From Eledone cirrhosa (lineage: Eukaryota): a DNA stretch of 64,000 bases. The stretch covers positions 35,774,001 to 35,838,000 of the forward strand of contig OZ024749.1 in assembly GCA_964016885.1 (NCBI GenBank). Direction: 5' to 3'. How positions within the stretch are numbered: position 1 is the stretch's first letter; every line of letters begins with the position of its first letter. Below are positions 12,067-22,490 of the stretch, piece by piece. Below the pieces are notes generated by a model. The model was not told the origin of the DNA and did no database searches. It saw only the letters and a list, made by a program, of their open reading frames with translations. A program made the translations under genes and the position numbers.

Positions 12067-13102
12067 AATCAAACTGCTGCTGGGAATCAAACTCATGACC
12101 TTACAGTTGTGAACTAACCTCATTAACTATTATGCCACACATCTTCTGTTGAATGTACTTGTTTAACCAGGCTATGTCAGCACCATTGTTAACTGTTGCT
12201 TCGCTCTTTTCACAAGTAAAAGTCATGTCTGTGTTGGTGGGATGCACTTTCAATGAATGATCGGCTCCTTTGACGGTTGATTTAAAATAACCATGAATTC
12301 ATAGAGAGAATGGCACGATCTAATGTATGTGGGTGGGTGGGTGGGAGTGAGTGTGGGTGTTGGTGTATGTGTGTGGATGCTGGTCTGTGTGTGTGTGTGT
12401 GTGTGGGTGTTGGTGTGTGGTGATAGTGGAGTGGAGTGGAGGAGGAAGGCTTTTGTTAATGATATCTGCTAACATAGAAAACTAGTGTTTAAAATCTCTG
12501 TCAGTCCAGAGTTCACTGTAAATCCTCGGTGGTGGGGGAGGTGGTAATGATATCGGTGGTGGTGGTGGTGGTGGGGGATGTGGTGGTGGTGGTAGCGGTT
12601 GCAGCAATGATGGTGGTGGTGGTGGTGGTGGTGGTGGAGTTGATGAAACAACAATGAAATAATGAAATAATGAAGTAATCGGAATAGAAGGAAAACTAAA
12701 ATAAAACCAAACAAGATAAAAGAGGGATGAAAGAGAGAGAAAGAAAAAAAGAGGGAAAGAAAGAGTATGAGAGAAAAAATCTGAAGGGTCAGTGTCACCT
12801 CCGATTTAATTCATGGTCACCTTCATATTTTTCCATCTGATATATTTATGTATATGTGTAGCCTATAGATAGATGTGGGACATACTTGCTCAGCTTAATT
12901 CTTCAACCTATCCATAGTTTTAAATATGATTCATACAGTTGTATATAATCTACCTAACCCAATAGAGGAGATCTCATTCCATGTATCAGCTAAGGGTACT
13001 TCCAAATGCTCTTTTGAGGGTGCAAAGAAAAGCTGTAATTTTAGAAATACACAAATATATCATTTTATATATATGTGTGTGTTTGTGTATTTCTTTCTCT
13101 GT

Positions 13103-16060
13103 ATCATCATCATCATCATCATCAACGTTTAACGTCCGTGTTCCACGCTTGCATGGGTTTGGACGGGGGTAGTCCCACTTGAGGCAAGAGTGATTGTCTT
13201 GCTCGCATAGGACTGTCTGGCAGGTTTTCTACAGTTGGATGCCCTTCCTAACACCAACCACATTTACAGTGTGGGTCTGGGAGGTTTTTACCGTGTTGCC
13301 TACACGGCCACATTACAGCGTGGACTGTGTGTTTTTTTGTCGTGACACCTACACGATCTCATTTGTTTCGGCCCGGATGGCGCGGCACCAACATAACTTT
13401 ACATAGGACGGGGTGGTGTGGATGGGGTGGGGGTGGTGGTGGTGGGACGGGGTGTATTTTGTTAGAGATGCCTACTGGCAAGGCGGGTCTTCTCTGTTAC
13501 TGAGTACCGCCAAAGGTCTCGGTCCAGTGACATTGTCTTGGAGAGGTGTAAGTGTGTGAGGTCGGAGTTTATCAGCTCGTCCCAGGTTTTTCTAGGTCTG
13601 CCTATTCCGTGGCTACCGTCTATCTTTATTGCCCTGCACTTTGTTATACAGCTATCGACTTTCATGCGCATCACGTGTCCATACCAACGTAGCCTTCTCT
13701 CGAGTAAACAACATCTGATCCCTCTTATCTCTAATTTTTTCCTTAGTTCGTTTATGCTTTGCCGTTCACGTATATTACTGTTACACATCCAGCGGAGCAT
13801 GCAAGCTTCGTTCCTCTCTAGTCTGCGTATATCCTCTGCACACAATGCCCAGGTCTCACTGCCATGCAACATTGCTGTTCGTATGCAGGCATCGTACAAC
13901 CTGCCTTTCATTTTTAGGGAGAACCCTTTAGCAGCTAATAGTGGTATAAGCTCTCTGAACTTTTTCCAACCAGTTCTGACTCTAGCTACAGTACTTTCAG
14001 AGCACCCTCCCCCACTGCTGATTTTATCGCCCAGGTAACGGAAGCTGTCCACTATTTCTATAGAACCCTCTGCGCAATTGAAAGAGCTAGTATTGTGTGG
14101 GCACTTGCTGCTACTTATTGCACCAGAACACCGGCCACATGTAAAATCTATGTTCTTAGTTAGCTTACCTGTGATCCCACTACATCTTTTATGCACCCAT
14201 ACTTTGCATTTAGGACACAAAATGGAGTTTCTACCTACGCCTTTCCTACACACCGAGCACGACCATTTCCTAGAAGGGACCGCCGCCTTGTTTTCTTTCC
14301 TACAAACTAGAACTTTGGTCTTAGCCAGGTTAATTTTAAGTCCTTTTGACTCTAGGCCGTGCTTCCATGTTTGGAATTTCTTCTCTAGCTCGGCCATTGA
14401 TTCCGCTATGAGTGTCAGGTCGTCTGCGTATAGGAGTTCCCATGGGCAGCCTGTCTTGAACTCCTCTGTTATAGCCTGAAGGGCAATAATAAATAGTAGG
14501 GGGCTGAGAACAGAGCCCTGATGGACGCCAACTTTTACGCTAAACTCTTCACTATATTCGTTGTTAATTCTAACCTTGCTGACTGTTTCTTTATACATGG
14601 CTTGTATAGCCCTCACAAGCCATTCGTCAACGCCTAGTTTTCTAAGAGCCCACCAGATAATGGAGCGGGGGACTCTGTCGAAGGCTTTCTCCAAGTCGAC
14701 AAAAGCTAAGTAGAGGGGTTTACCTTTAGCTAGGTACTTCTCCTGTAGTTGTCGTACTATGAAAAGAGCGTCTGTGGTACTTTTGCCTGACACAAACCCG
14801 AACTGCATTTCATCTAGGTCAATTCTCTCTCTGATTAGTTGCGCTATTACTTTTTCTGTGACCTTCATGACCTGGTCGATTAATTTAATGCCTCTATAGT
14901 TACTCCTATCTAGGGCGTCTCCTTTACCCTTATAACAGTTAACGATGATGCTGCTATGCCAGTCCTTCGGAACAACCCCATTCTGTACGACTTGGTTAAC
15001 TATGCGGGTGACCATGGTGTGTCCCACCGTGCCAGATGCCTTCAGCATCTCAGCAACTATTTCCGAAGGCCCAGCCGCCTTACCTGTCTTCATATCCTTG
15101 ATTGCCTTACTTATTATACTCCCCTCGACTAACACTGCTGGTCCCTCTATTGGGTCGACATGGGGGAGACTGTCTTTCTCCCATTTATTCTCCTCATTTA
15201 GTAGCCTTTCATAGTGACACTTCCAAGCTGCCTTCTTATCAGTGTCGGTGATGGCAAGTATGCCATCATCGTTAAGTACACACTTCTCCCCGACAATATC
15301 ACGGTTTTCCTTGACGCATTGCCTAGCAATCCTGAACACCTCACGTTTTTGGTCATCGCGTTGTAGGACATGCTTGAACTTTCTTTCCTCAGCTTCCCTT
15401 CTTGCTAAGTACACTTCTCTCCTAGCTTCCCTCCTGGCCACTTGATAGTCTACTCTACTTCCCCCATCCCGCCATACTTTCCAAGCCTGCTTTTTGGCCT
15501 TAATTGACTCCTCCACCTTACTGTTCCACCACCATGTTACTCTCCTCCTGCCTACAGGCCTGCTCCAGCCACAGACTTCGTCTGTGGCCAACAGCAGGTT
15601 TGCTTTCAGAAATTCCCACTGTCCCTCTATATTGTCCGACTCTAAGTGTTCTTCCTTACTGTCGAAAGCATCAAGTAATATGTTTTGAAATTTATTTTTG
15701 GCTGTGGGGTCCTTTAGCTTCCATATTTTTCTCCTGAGGATAGTCCTCTTCTGCTGTCGAGTACGTCTCGACCTGACTATGAGGTCGCTAATTATCAGTC
15801 TATGTTGGGAGGTGCATTCTTCATGGGGGAGGGATTTAGTGTTTACAACAGACACTCTGTCACGTCTTCTGGTAAGGATATAATCTACCTGGCTTGTGTG
15901 TTCCCCGGATCTATAGGTGATCAGGTGATTGTCACGTTTTTTGAAGTTAGTGTTACAGATAGTTAGGTTATTTGCATCACAGAATTCCAGGATTCTGGAG
16001 CCTTCCTCATTTCTAGTACCAAACCCATAGCCTCCATGGATTTCGTCGTAGCCGTCACAA
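13103..16060 (-). mobile_element. RTE-clade LINE, 5'-truncated within the APE domain (copy 1)
   Basis: APE C-terminus, [16 protein letters not shown]-terminal motif, ~340-bp 3' UTR and (GAT)n tail. Confidence 0.95.
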
Positions 16061-16062
16061 TG
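13462..16062 (-). CDS. LINE ORF2 (partial APE endonuclease + reverse transcriptase + PHD-like finger)
   Basis: The open frame extends past the 15855 call: GYGFGTRNEEGSRILEF...QVDYIL...SQHRLI (APE). RT motifs [38 protein letters not shown] (14419-14430), FRYLG. Confidence 0.95.
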   Translation of the reverse strand, partial: HCDGYDEIHGGYGFGTRNEEGSRILEFCDANNLTICNTNFKKRDNHLITYRSGEHTSQVDYILTRRRDRVSVVNTKSLPHEECTSQHRLIISDLIVRSRRTRQQKRTILRRKIWKLKDPTAKNKFQNILLDAFDSKEEHLESDNIEGQWEFLKANLLLATDEVCGWSRPVGRRRVTWWWNSKVEESIKAKKQAWKVWRDGGSRVDYQVARREARREVYLARREAEERKFKHVLQRDDQKREVFRIARQCVKENRDIVGEKCVLNDDGILAITDTDKKAAWKCHYERLLNEENKWEKDSLPHVDPIEGPAVLVEGSIISKAIKDMKTGKAAGPSEIVAEMLKASGTVGHTMVTRIVNQVVQNGVVPKDWHSSIIVNCYKGKGDALDRSNYRGIKLIDQVMKVTEKVIAQLIRERIDLDEMQFGFVSGKSTTDALFIVRQLQEKYLAKGKPLYLAFVDLEKAFDRVPRSIIWWALRKLGVDEWLVRAIQAMYKETVSKVRINNEYSEEFSVKVGVHQGSVLSPLLFIIALQAITEEFKTGCPWELLYADDLTLIAESMAELEKKFQTWKHGLESKGLKINLAKTKVLVCRKENKAAVPSRKWSCSVCRKGVGRNSILCPKCKVWVHKRCSGITGKLTKNIDFTCGRCSGAISSSKCPHNTSSFNCAEGSIEIVDSFRYLGDKISSGGGCSESTVARVRTGWKKFRELIPLLAAKGFSLKMKGRLYDACIRTAMLHGSETWALCAEDIRRLERNEACMLRWMCNSNIRERQSINELRKKLEIRGIRCCLLERRLRWYGHVMRMKVDSCITKCRAIKIDGSHGIGRPRKTWDELINSDLTHLHLSKTMSLDRDLWRYSVTEKTRLASRHL

Positions 16063-16078
16063 TTATTTATATAAATAT

Positions 16079-16406
16079 CACATGGCTTAGTGGTTAGAGC
16101 ATTGGCCTTGCAATCGAAAGGTTGTAAGTTCAATTCTCGGACCGGATGATGTGTTGTTTCCTTGAGCAAGACACTTTATTTCACATTGCTCCAGTTTACT
16201 CAGCTGTAGAAATGAGATGATAGGGACTGGGGTCCATATCATTCCACTGCAAAGTGGTCGTGGAGGTGCCACGGCAAAAAAAAAAGCACCCAGCACTCAC
16301 TGTAAATGAGGTTGGTGTTAGGAAGGGCATCCAGCTGTAGAAATCAAGCTAGAATCAGTTCCCGTCCCACCCTTGCAAGCAGGGAAAGCGGACGTAAAAT
16401 GAATGA
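16079..16406 (+). mobile_element. SINE family A
   Basis: Same family; head clipped by a few nt; abuts the LINE 5' truncation point. Confidence 0.9.
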
Positions 16407-16450
16407 ATATTAAAATAACAGATTAAAGTTTAAGCAAAGGAATCGTTTCA

Positions 16451-16492
16451 CCGAGCTGATGATCTGAATAAGGTGAAACAAATTGTTCTTAG
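16451..16492 (+). ncRNA. Minimal hammerhead-like motif (family H1)
   Basis: CCGAG-CTGATGA-TCTGAATAAGGT-GAAAC-AAATT-GTT-CTTAG; weak stem II. Confidence 0.5.
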
Positions 16493-16537
16493 AAATGGTG
16501 AATTAACTATTGTGGAACTACTTATATATATATATAT

Positions 16538-16716
16538 ATCACAATAAATTAATGGAGCCATAGACTCTTGCTATTCCCTGTCAATAATGTGCTCAAAGGA
16601 GAAGAAATCCTGAGCTCTTTAAAATACAATATGTTGAAAAGGTAACACACTAGAGAGAGATACATTGCGCTATCAATAAAACAGGGAAAAACCACCAGTG
16701 TATGGAATTTATAACC
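16538..16716. repeat. (TA)n-flanked dispersed repeat
   Basis: Matches 27896-28000 (GGAGCCATAGACTCT..ATTCCCTGTCAATAATGTGC..CTGAGCTCTTTAAAATACAATATGTTGAAAA). Confidence 0.75.
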
Positions 16717-16744
16717 TATATATATATAGGTTATATATATATAC

Positions 16745-16969
16745 AGGAGACTGAGGTTAGCTGGACATGCTCACCGACATCCAGAGTTGGTATTGCACTC
16801 AGTGCTCCTGGACACACTAGAAGAGGAAGACCAAGGTTAACGTATGTTGATGCCCTAAGGACAGACACTGGTCTGTTGGAGACACAGGACATGGCAGCGA
16901 TAATGAGGGACAGAGACCGCTGGAGAGAACTCATCCATGGATCTCGGGAATTTTACCTGCCTTAGATAG

Positions 16970-16972
<3 letters not shown>
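16745..16972 (+). mobile_element. 3' fragment of a second RTE-clade LINE family
   Basis: RRLRLAGHAHRHPELV, then (frameshift) RRGRPRLTYVDALRTDTG..MRDRDRWRELI; TAGA tail. Confidence 0.8.
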
Positions 16973-17022
<50 letters not shown>

Positions 17023-17234
17023 GTTTCAGAAAGTTGTGAAAGCAACAATTCTTTGCTTAAACTTTAATCTGAACTAATAATAAATATTTGCTCTACGGGT
17101 TTATATATTCTTTTGGTGTCAGCCGGATGGCTGGAACAGGTAAAAGAGTAAATGATATATATACAATCCTTATCGAGCCCTCTTCAGATTTTGGTCTTCG
17201 TAATTATTAATACTATATATATATATATATATAT

Positions 17235-17332
17235 AGAAGAGAAATAGGACGAAGGTAAACAATTACAAAAGAATTTAATCCACGTATTTACAATTATTTT
17301 GTAATTGTTTACCTTCGTCCTATTTCTCTTCT
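17235..17332. repeat. Perfect 36-bp inverted repeat with 26-bp spacer
   Basis: AGAAGAGAAATAGGACGAAGGTAAACAATTACAAAA (17235-17270) and its reverse complement (17297-17332). Confidence 0.9.
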
Positions 17333-17533
17333 TTGATTACACTCCTCCTTTGTTCGTGTTTCCACTACAGAATCCCTACCAACCTGTCGAGTCACCTTAA
17401 CGTATGTTGAGAACTTTCCTCACAACTTGTTCTACCAAGCTTTGGAATACTCCTAATAACTGAATATATATATATATATATATAAAATAATTAAGTCAAA
17501 TATTTAAAATTTGGCTTCGTTTATTAAAGATGT

Positions 17534-17588
17534 ACTACTATATATATTTCGGTGACAGCCATCTTTGGCTGTGACCTCTTCAGGCAGT
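17534..17588 (-). ncRNA. Minimal type-I hammerhead ribozyme (canonical core)
   Basis: ACTGC-CTGAAGA-GGTCACAGCCA-AAGA-TGGCTGTCACC-GAAAT-ATAT-ATA-GTAGT: 5-bp stem I, 11-bp stem II with 1 mismatch, 2-bp stem III with palindromic loop, AUA cleavage triplet. AATAAA follows. Confidence 0.85.
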
Positions 17589-17813
17589 CCAAATTGGTGT
17601 GGTAGAGACAGGTACACATGTTGTTGAAGTGTTTTACTCCGTCAATACTCCGATATGTCCAGCTCCTGGTTGGGTTGTTATTTCTCTGAGGAACAACCAA
17701 CATATACTAAAAAAAATATATATATATATTTGTTTCTATTACTTCTGTATCGTATTTATTTACTTTGTTCTTAACTCTGTAGCGGAGATTCATTTGGTCT
17801 CCTAGTTAGAATT

Positions 17814-18022
17814 TTAGTCTACGACTTCTGCTATACCATTTACGTGGTTTTGTCTTTGCGTGCTTTTGTTCTCCACGCTCCACATATGACTTATTATCTT
17901 CGTTTTTTCGTTCATTGCCAGAGAACGTCTATATGCACCACCTAAGAGAACATTAGTCTACGACCTCTTTTATACCATAAACGTGGTTTTGTCTTTGCGC
18001 GTAATTGTTTTTCACCGCTCCT
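17814..18022. repeat. Diverged direct repeat (~140-bp period) in a (TA)n-flanked element
   Basis: TTAGTCTACGAC..TATACCAT..ACGTGGTTTTGTCTTTGCG at about 17814 and 17953. Confidence 0.8.
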
Positions 18023-18027
18023 ATTAA

Positions 18028-18072
<45 letters not shown>

Positions 18073-18100
18073 TAATTCCACAACAGTTAATTCACCATTT

Positions 18101-18141
18101 CTGAGAACAATTGTTTCACTTTATTCAGATCATCAGCTCAG
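18101..18141 (-). ncRNA. Minimal hammerhead-like motif (family H1)
   Basis: CTGAG-CTGATGA-TCTGAATAAAGT-GAAAC-AATT-GTT-CTCAG: perfect 5-bp stem I, palindromic stem III (AACAATTGTT), non-canonical stem II. Confidence 0.6.
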
Positions 18142-18524
18142 TTTAAACTCATCCCATGGATTGAGTGCTCTACTACTGATGAGTTTATGGCATCTTAATA
18201 TATTAATAAATTACTTTAATTAATATCTATTTCTTTGCCACAATGAAACTGCAGTATAAGCACAAATTTGTAAGTGAAATTTTATTTTTATTTTAAAATG
18301 TATTTTTTTGCTTGTAATTCTTACTTTTTTTACTATAAATTTTTTACTGTAAATTTTTACACCTAAATATAATTTAGAAAAAATAAAGATCTACAAATTA
18401 TAGTTTTTAGCCTATATAGTATTTGAGATATTTATGGTGTAATATGGCTGAAATAGTTTTAGTTTAGTCTATTCTTATATTATATATATATATATATGTG
18501 TGTGTGTGTATGCATGTATGTGTG

Positions 18525-18555
<31 letters not shown>

Positions 18556-18768
18556 ATGCATGTATGTGTGTATATATATATATATGTGTGTGTGTGTATA
18601 TATATATATATCATCATCATCATCATCATCATTTTGTATAGCAGTGACTAGTATAACCAGTGATAGCTAATAAAATAAATTCACACACACACATACACAC
18701 ACAGAGTCACACAAATGCACATACACATACACTCACAAACGATAGTGATGGCAGTTTTGACAGTACTT

Positions 18769-18769
<1 letters not shown>

Positions 18770-18806
<37 letters not shown>

Positions 18807-19638
18807 AGTTCCAATAGCTGCAATATTTCTTGTTGTTGTTGTACTGCAGTTCTTAGTAATTGTTGCTGCTGCTGTTGTTGTTGTTGTTGTTGCACTTTGG
18901 CTCTTAGTAATTATTATCACAGTTGCTGTTGTTGTTGTTGTTGTTGTACTGCAGTTCTTAGTAATTGTTGTTGCTGCTGTTGTTGTTGTTGTTGTTGCAC
19001 TCTGGCTCTTAGTAATTATTATCACAGTTGCTGTTGTTGTTGTTGTTGTTGTACTGCAGTTCTTAGTAATTGTTGTTGCTGCTGTTGTTGTTGTTGTTGT
19101 TGTTGCACTTTGGCTCTTAGTAATTATTATCACAGTTGCTGTTGTTGTTGTTGTACTGCGACTTTTAGCAATTGTTGTTGTTGCTGTTGTGATAGCTTGC
19201 AATGTTGTTGTTGCTGACATTGTAGTGTCATTGTTGTTGTTGTTGTCCTGTGAATCTTATTGACTCTTATCATAATTATTGTTGTTATTGTTATTGTTTT
19301 TGTTGTTGTGGTTGTTGTTGTTGTTGTTGAGGTGTTGTTATTGTAGTTGTTACAGTTATTGTAGTGGTAGTGGTAGTAGTAGCAGCAGGAGTAGGAAGAG
19401 TAGCAACAGCAGCACCAGTAGTAGCCATGGTAGTAGTAGTAGTAGTAGTAGTAGTAGTATTGGTGATGGTGGTGGTAGTAGTAGTAGTATTAGTGGTGGT
19501 TGTGGTGGTATTAGTGGTGGTGGTGGTAGTAGTAGTATAGTGGTGCTGGTGCTGGTAGTTGTAATAGTAGGAGTAGTAGTAGTAGTAGTTATAGTCATAG
19601 TAGTAGTTACGGTAGTAGTATTAGTGGTGCTGGTGCTG

Positions 19639-19683
<45 letters not shown>

Positions 19684-19759
19684 GTAGTATTAGTATTAGT
19701 AGTTATAGTAATAGTAGTAGTAATAGTAGTAGTTATAGTAGTAGTAGTAGTAGTAGTAA

Positions 19760-19805
<46 letters not shown>

Positions 19806-19836
19806 TACGGTAGTAGTATTAGTGGTGTTGGTGCTG

Positions 19837-19872
<36 letters not shown>

Positions 19873-21185
19873 ATAGTAGTAGTTATGGTAGTAGTAGTAA
19901 TAGTAGTAGTTATGGTAGTAGTAGCAGTAGTGGTATTAGTAGTAGTAGTAGCAGCAGCAGCAGTAGTAGTAATAAGTACAATTTGGCTAAGTTCCATATC
20001 TAGAATGTTCCAGCAAACTCACAACATCCATCATGTATCAAAGGAATAAATGTTTCTTACCAAACGACATCAGACTCGTCTTTTCTGCAACAATAGCTTC
20101 TTGACATCAGTCTAGAATCTAATGTAATTGATATTGTTACTGTTGTTATTGATGCTGGTGATGATGATGATGATGGTGGTGGTGATGGTGGTGGTGGTGG
20201 CATTGGTGATGGTGGTTATGGTGGTTATGGTGGTGGGGGGATTGTCATCATTGGTGGTGGTGGTGGTGGTGATGCTGGTGGCGGCGGTGGTGGGGGGGGA
20301 TTGTCATCATTGGTGGTGGTGGTGGTGGTGGTGGTGGTGGTGGCATTGGTGGTGGTGGTGGTGGCATTGGTGATGGTGGTGGTTATGGTGGTGGGGGGGA
20401 TTGTCATCATTGGTGGTGGTGGTGGTGGTGGTGGTGGCATTGGTGGTGGTTATGGTGGTGGTGGGGGGGGATTGTCATAATTGGTGGTGGTGGTGGTGGT
20501 GGGGGGGGGGATTGTCATAATTGGTGGTGGTGGTGGTGGTGGTGGCATTGGTGATGGTGGTGGGGGGATTGTCATAATTGGTGGTGGTGGTGGTGGTGGT
20601 GTTCGTCGTCGTTATTGACATGGTGGAGATGATGATGGTGGAGATGATGATGGTGGTAGTGATGGTGTCGTTGGTGATGGATGTGGTGATGATGGAGGTG
20701 GTAGTGATGGTGGTGGTGGTGGTGGTGGTGGTAGGGTGTTGATGATGGGTGTGGTGATGATGGAGGTGGTAGCGATGATGGTGGTGGTGGTGGTGGTGGT
20801 GGTAGGGTGTTGATGGTGGTGGTGGTGGTGGTGGGGTGTTGATGATGGGTGTGGTGATGATGGAGGTGGTAGTGGTGGTGGTGGTGGTGGTAGGGTTTTG
20901 ATGATGATGGTGGTGGTGGTGGGGTGTTGATGATGGGTGTGGTGATGATGGAGGTGGTAGTGATGGTGGTGTTGGTGGTGGTGGTAGGGTGTTGACGATG
21001 GTGGTGGCGGTGGGGTGTTGATGATGATAGTGGTTGTGATGGTGATATTGGTTGTGGTGGTCGTGATGGTGGTGGTGGTGGTAATGATGTTGCTGTTGGT
21101 GATGGTGATGATGTTGTTATTGATGTTGTTGGTAATGGTGTTGTTGGTGGGGAAGGTATTGCTATTGTTGTTATTGTTGTTGATG
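18770..21185. repeat. 2.4-kb trinucleotide-repeat block: (TGT)n with ~105-bp units, (GTA)n, (GGT/GAT)n
   Basis: Directly visible; source of the poly-C/T/V/H/P ORFs. Confidence 0.95.
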
Positions 21186-21205
21186 CCAGCGGGGATGGTA
21201 TTTCT

Positions 21206-21425
21206 GCTGAAAAGTTCATAAGCTGAAAAGTTCATAAGCTGAAAAGTTCACAAGATGATCAAGATACTCTCATGGAATGACCAAGTGAGGTTTATTTTTC
21301 AACATAGTCCCTGGAAAAAAACAATACCATTATTGATATGAAGAGTTTAAATTAATGCATGCAAAATTTCACAGCTCTAGCATCAATCCTTCATCGTCAG
21401 CCTATGAACCTTTCAGCTGTCCCTT
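21206..21425. mobile_element. Mariner-derived MITE; left TIR core tandemly triplicated
   Basis: (GCTGAAAAGTTCATAA) about x3 at left, GTCAGCCTATGAACCTTTCAGC at right; matches 34880-35077. Confidence 0.65.
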
Positions 21426-21497
21426 TTAACTCAAAGGACCCATTGTGGCACCCTGAATCTCTCTGAGAACTAAACTACTGACATTATAACACAAGAT

Positions 21498-21601
21498 ACC
21501 GAGGTTAACTTTGCCTTTCATCCTTACGGGGTCGATAAAATAAAGTACCAGTAATGTACTGTGATAATTGCTGGCCTTGTGCCAAAAGTAGAAATAATTA
21601 T
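21498..21601 (+). mobile_element. SINE family B, 5'-truncated, with 15-bp TSD
   Basis: ATTATAACACAAGAT on both sides; the empty site is present at 35150-35180. Confidence 0.9.
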
Positions 21602-22412
21602 AACACAAGATGGACTGTACCTGTAATTCTAAAGGCCAGCCATGTCACACACTGTGTCATGCTGATTCTCCCAAAGAAATACACTAAAGGAAAACATGTC
21701 TGTGGAATGCTCAGACACTTACATGTTAATTTCATTTACAAGCTGTCTCAGTTCAAATCTCTGGATCCCATATTTAGGTTTAAATGTCTTTCAAGTGTTT
21801 CTAAATGTAGTTTTTATACAGTTCATTCATAAAAGTTCTCACCCTTGCTCAAACTCTACATTGAGTGTGCTTGCTAGAAACATTTCACGAACATACCAAT
21901 ATACCACACATCATATATGACTGTATATTGTGTATGTGCTCAGAACATTTTGTCAACAACACAACACTCACCATCACATATTAAACAATTTTCTATGAGA
22001 CTATAGTTCTAGCCATCATTTATAAGAATTGTAGAAGTTCTATCATCAAGAGGAGTTATAGAAAGCATTGTTGTGTTCTCTCTGAGGATTTTAACCTCAA
22101 ATGTATTTTAAATCAACGCTAAGAATATAATCTTAGATTGAATTAAACAATTTGTATCTTCTATTCCCTCTGCTGTGTCAAGTTTTATCGTAATTCGCTT
22201 CATATATCAATTGCCAATTCTACATTACCATTTGATTTATTCTGCCTAATGACATATATGTTTGTGTGCAGGTGTATCTGAGTGGTTCTGGGTTCAGTCC
22301 AATTGCGTGCTATCTTGGACCTGTGCCTCTTACTACTTTTGCCATAACTTCACGCTGACCAACAAATGGAATTAGACAGAAACCCATCATATATATATAT
22401 ATGTATATATAT

Positions 22413-22490
22413 AGAAGTGGTTACACAACAGTTAGTTCACCATACCTAGAACAATTGTTTCACCTTAGCGGATCCTCAGCTTGTAATATG
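22413..22490 (-). ncRNA. Family H1 element with hammerhead-like motif (22446-22483)
   Basis: CAAG-CTGAGGA-TCCGCTAAGGT-GAAAC-AATT-GTT-CTAG followed by ATGGTGAACTAACTGTTGTG as in the other H1 copies; in (TA)n. Confidence 0.5.

Noticed and set aside
12100-12300. Minus-strand open stretch ...DMTFTCEKSEATVNNGADIAWLNK... with Ig-like Cys/Trp spacing
   Set aside because: Short, no good splice sites, no companion exons; chance is likely.
13538-15883. Plus-strand ORFs within the LINEs
   Set aside because: Antisense shadows of ORF2.
18660-21235. Mucin-like poly-Thr, poly-Cys, poly-His/Pro ORFs
   Set aside because: Trinucleotide microsatellites open in several frames on both strands; no unique domain or splice evidence.
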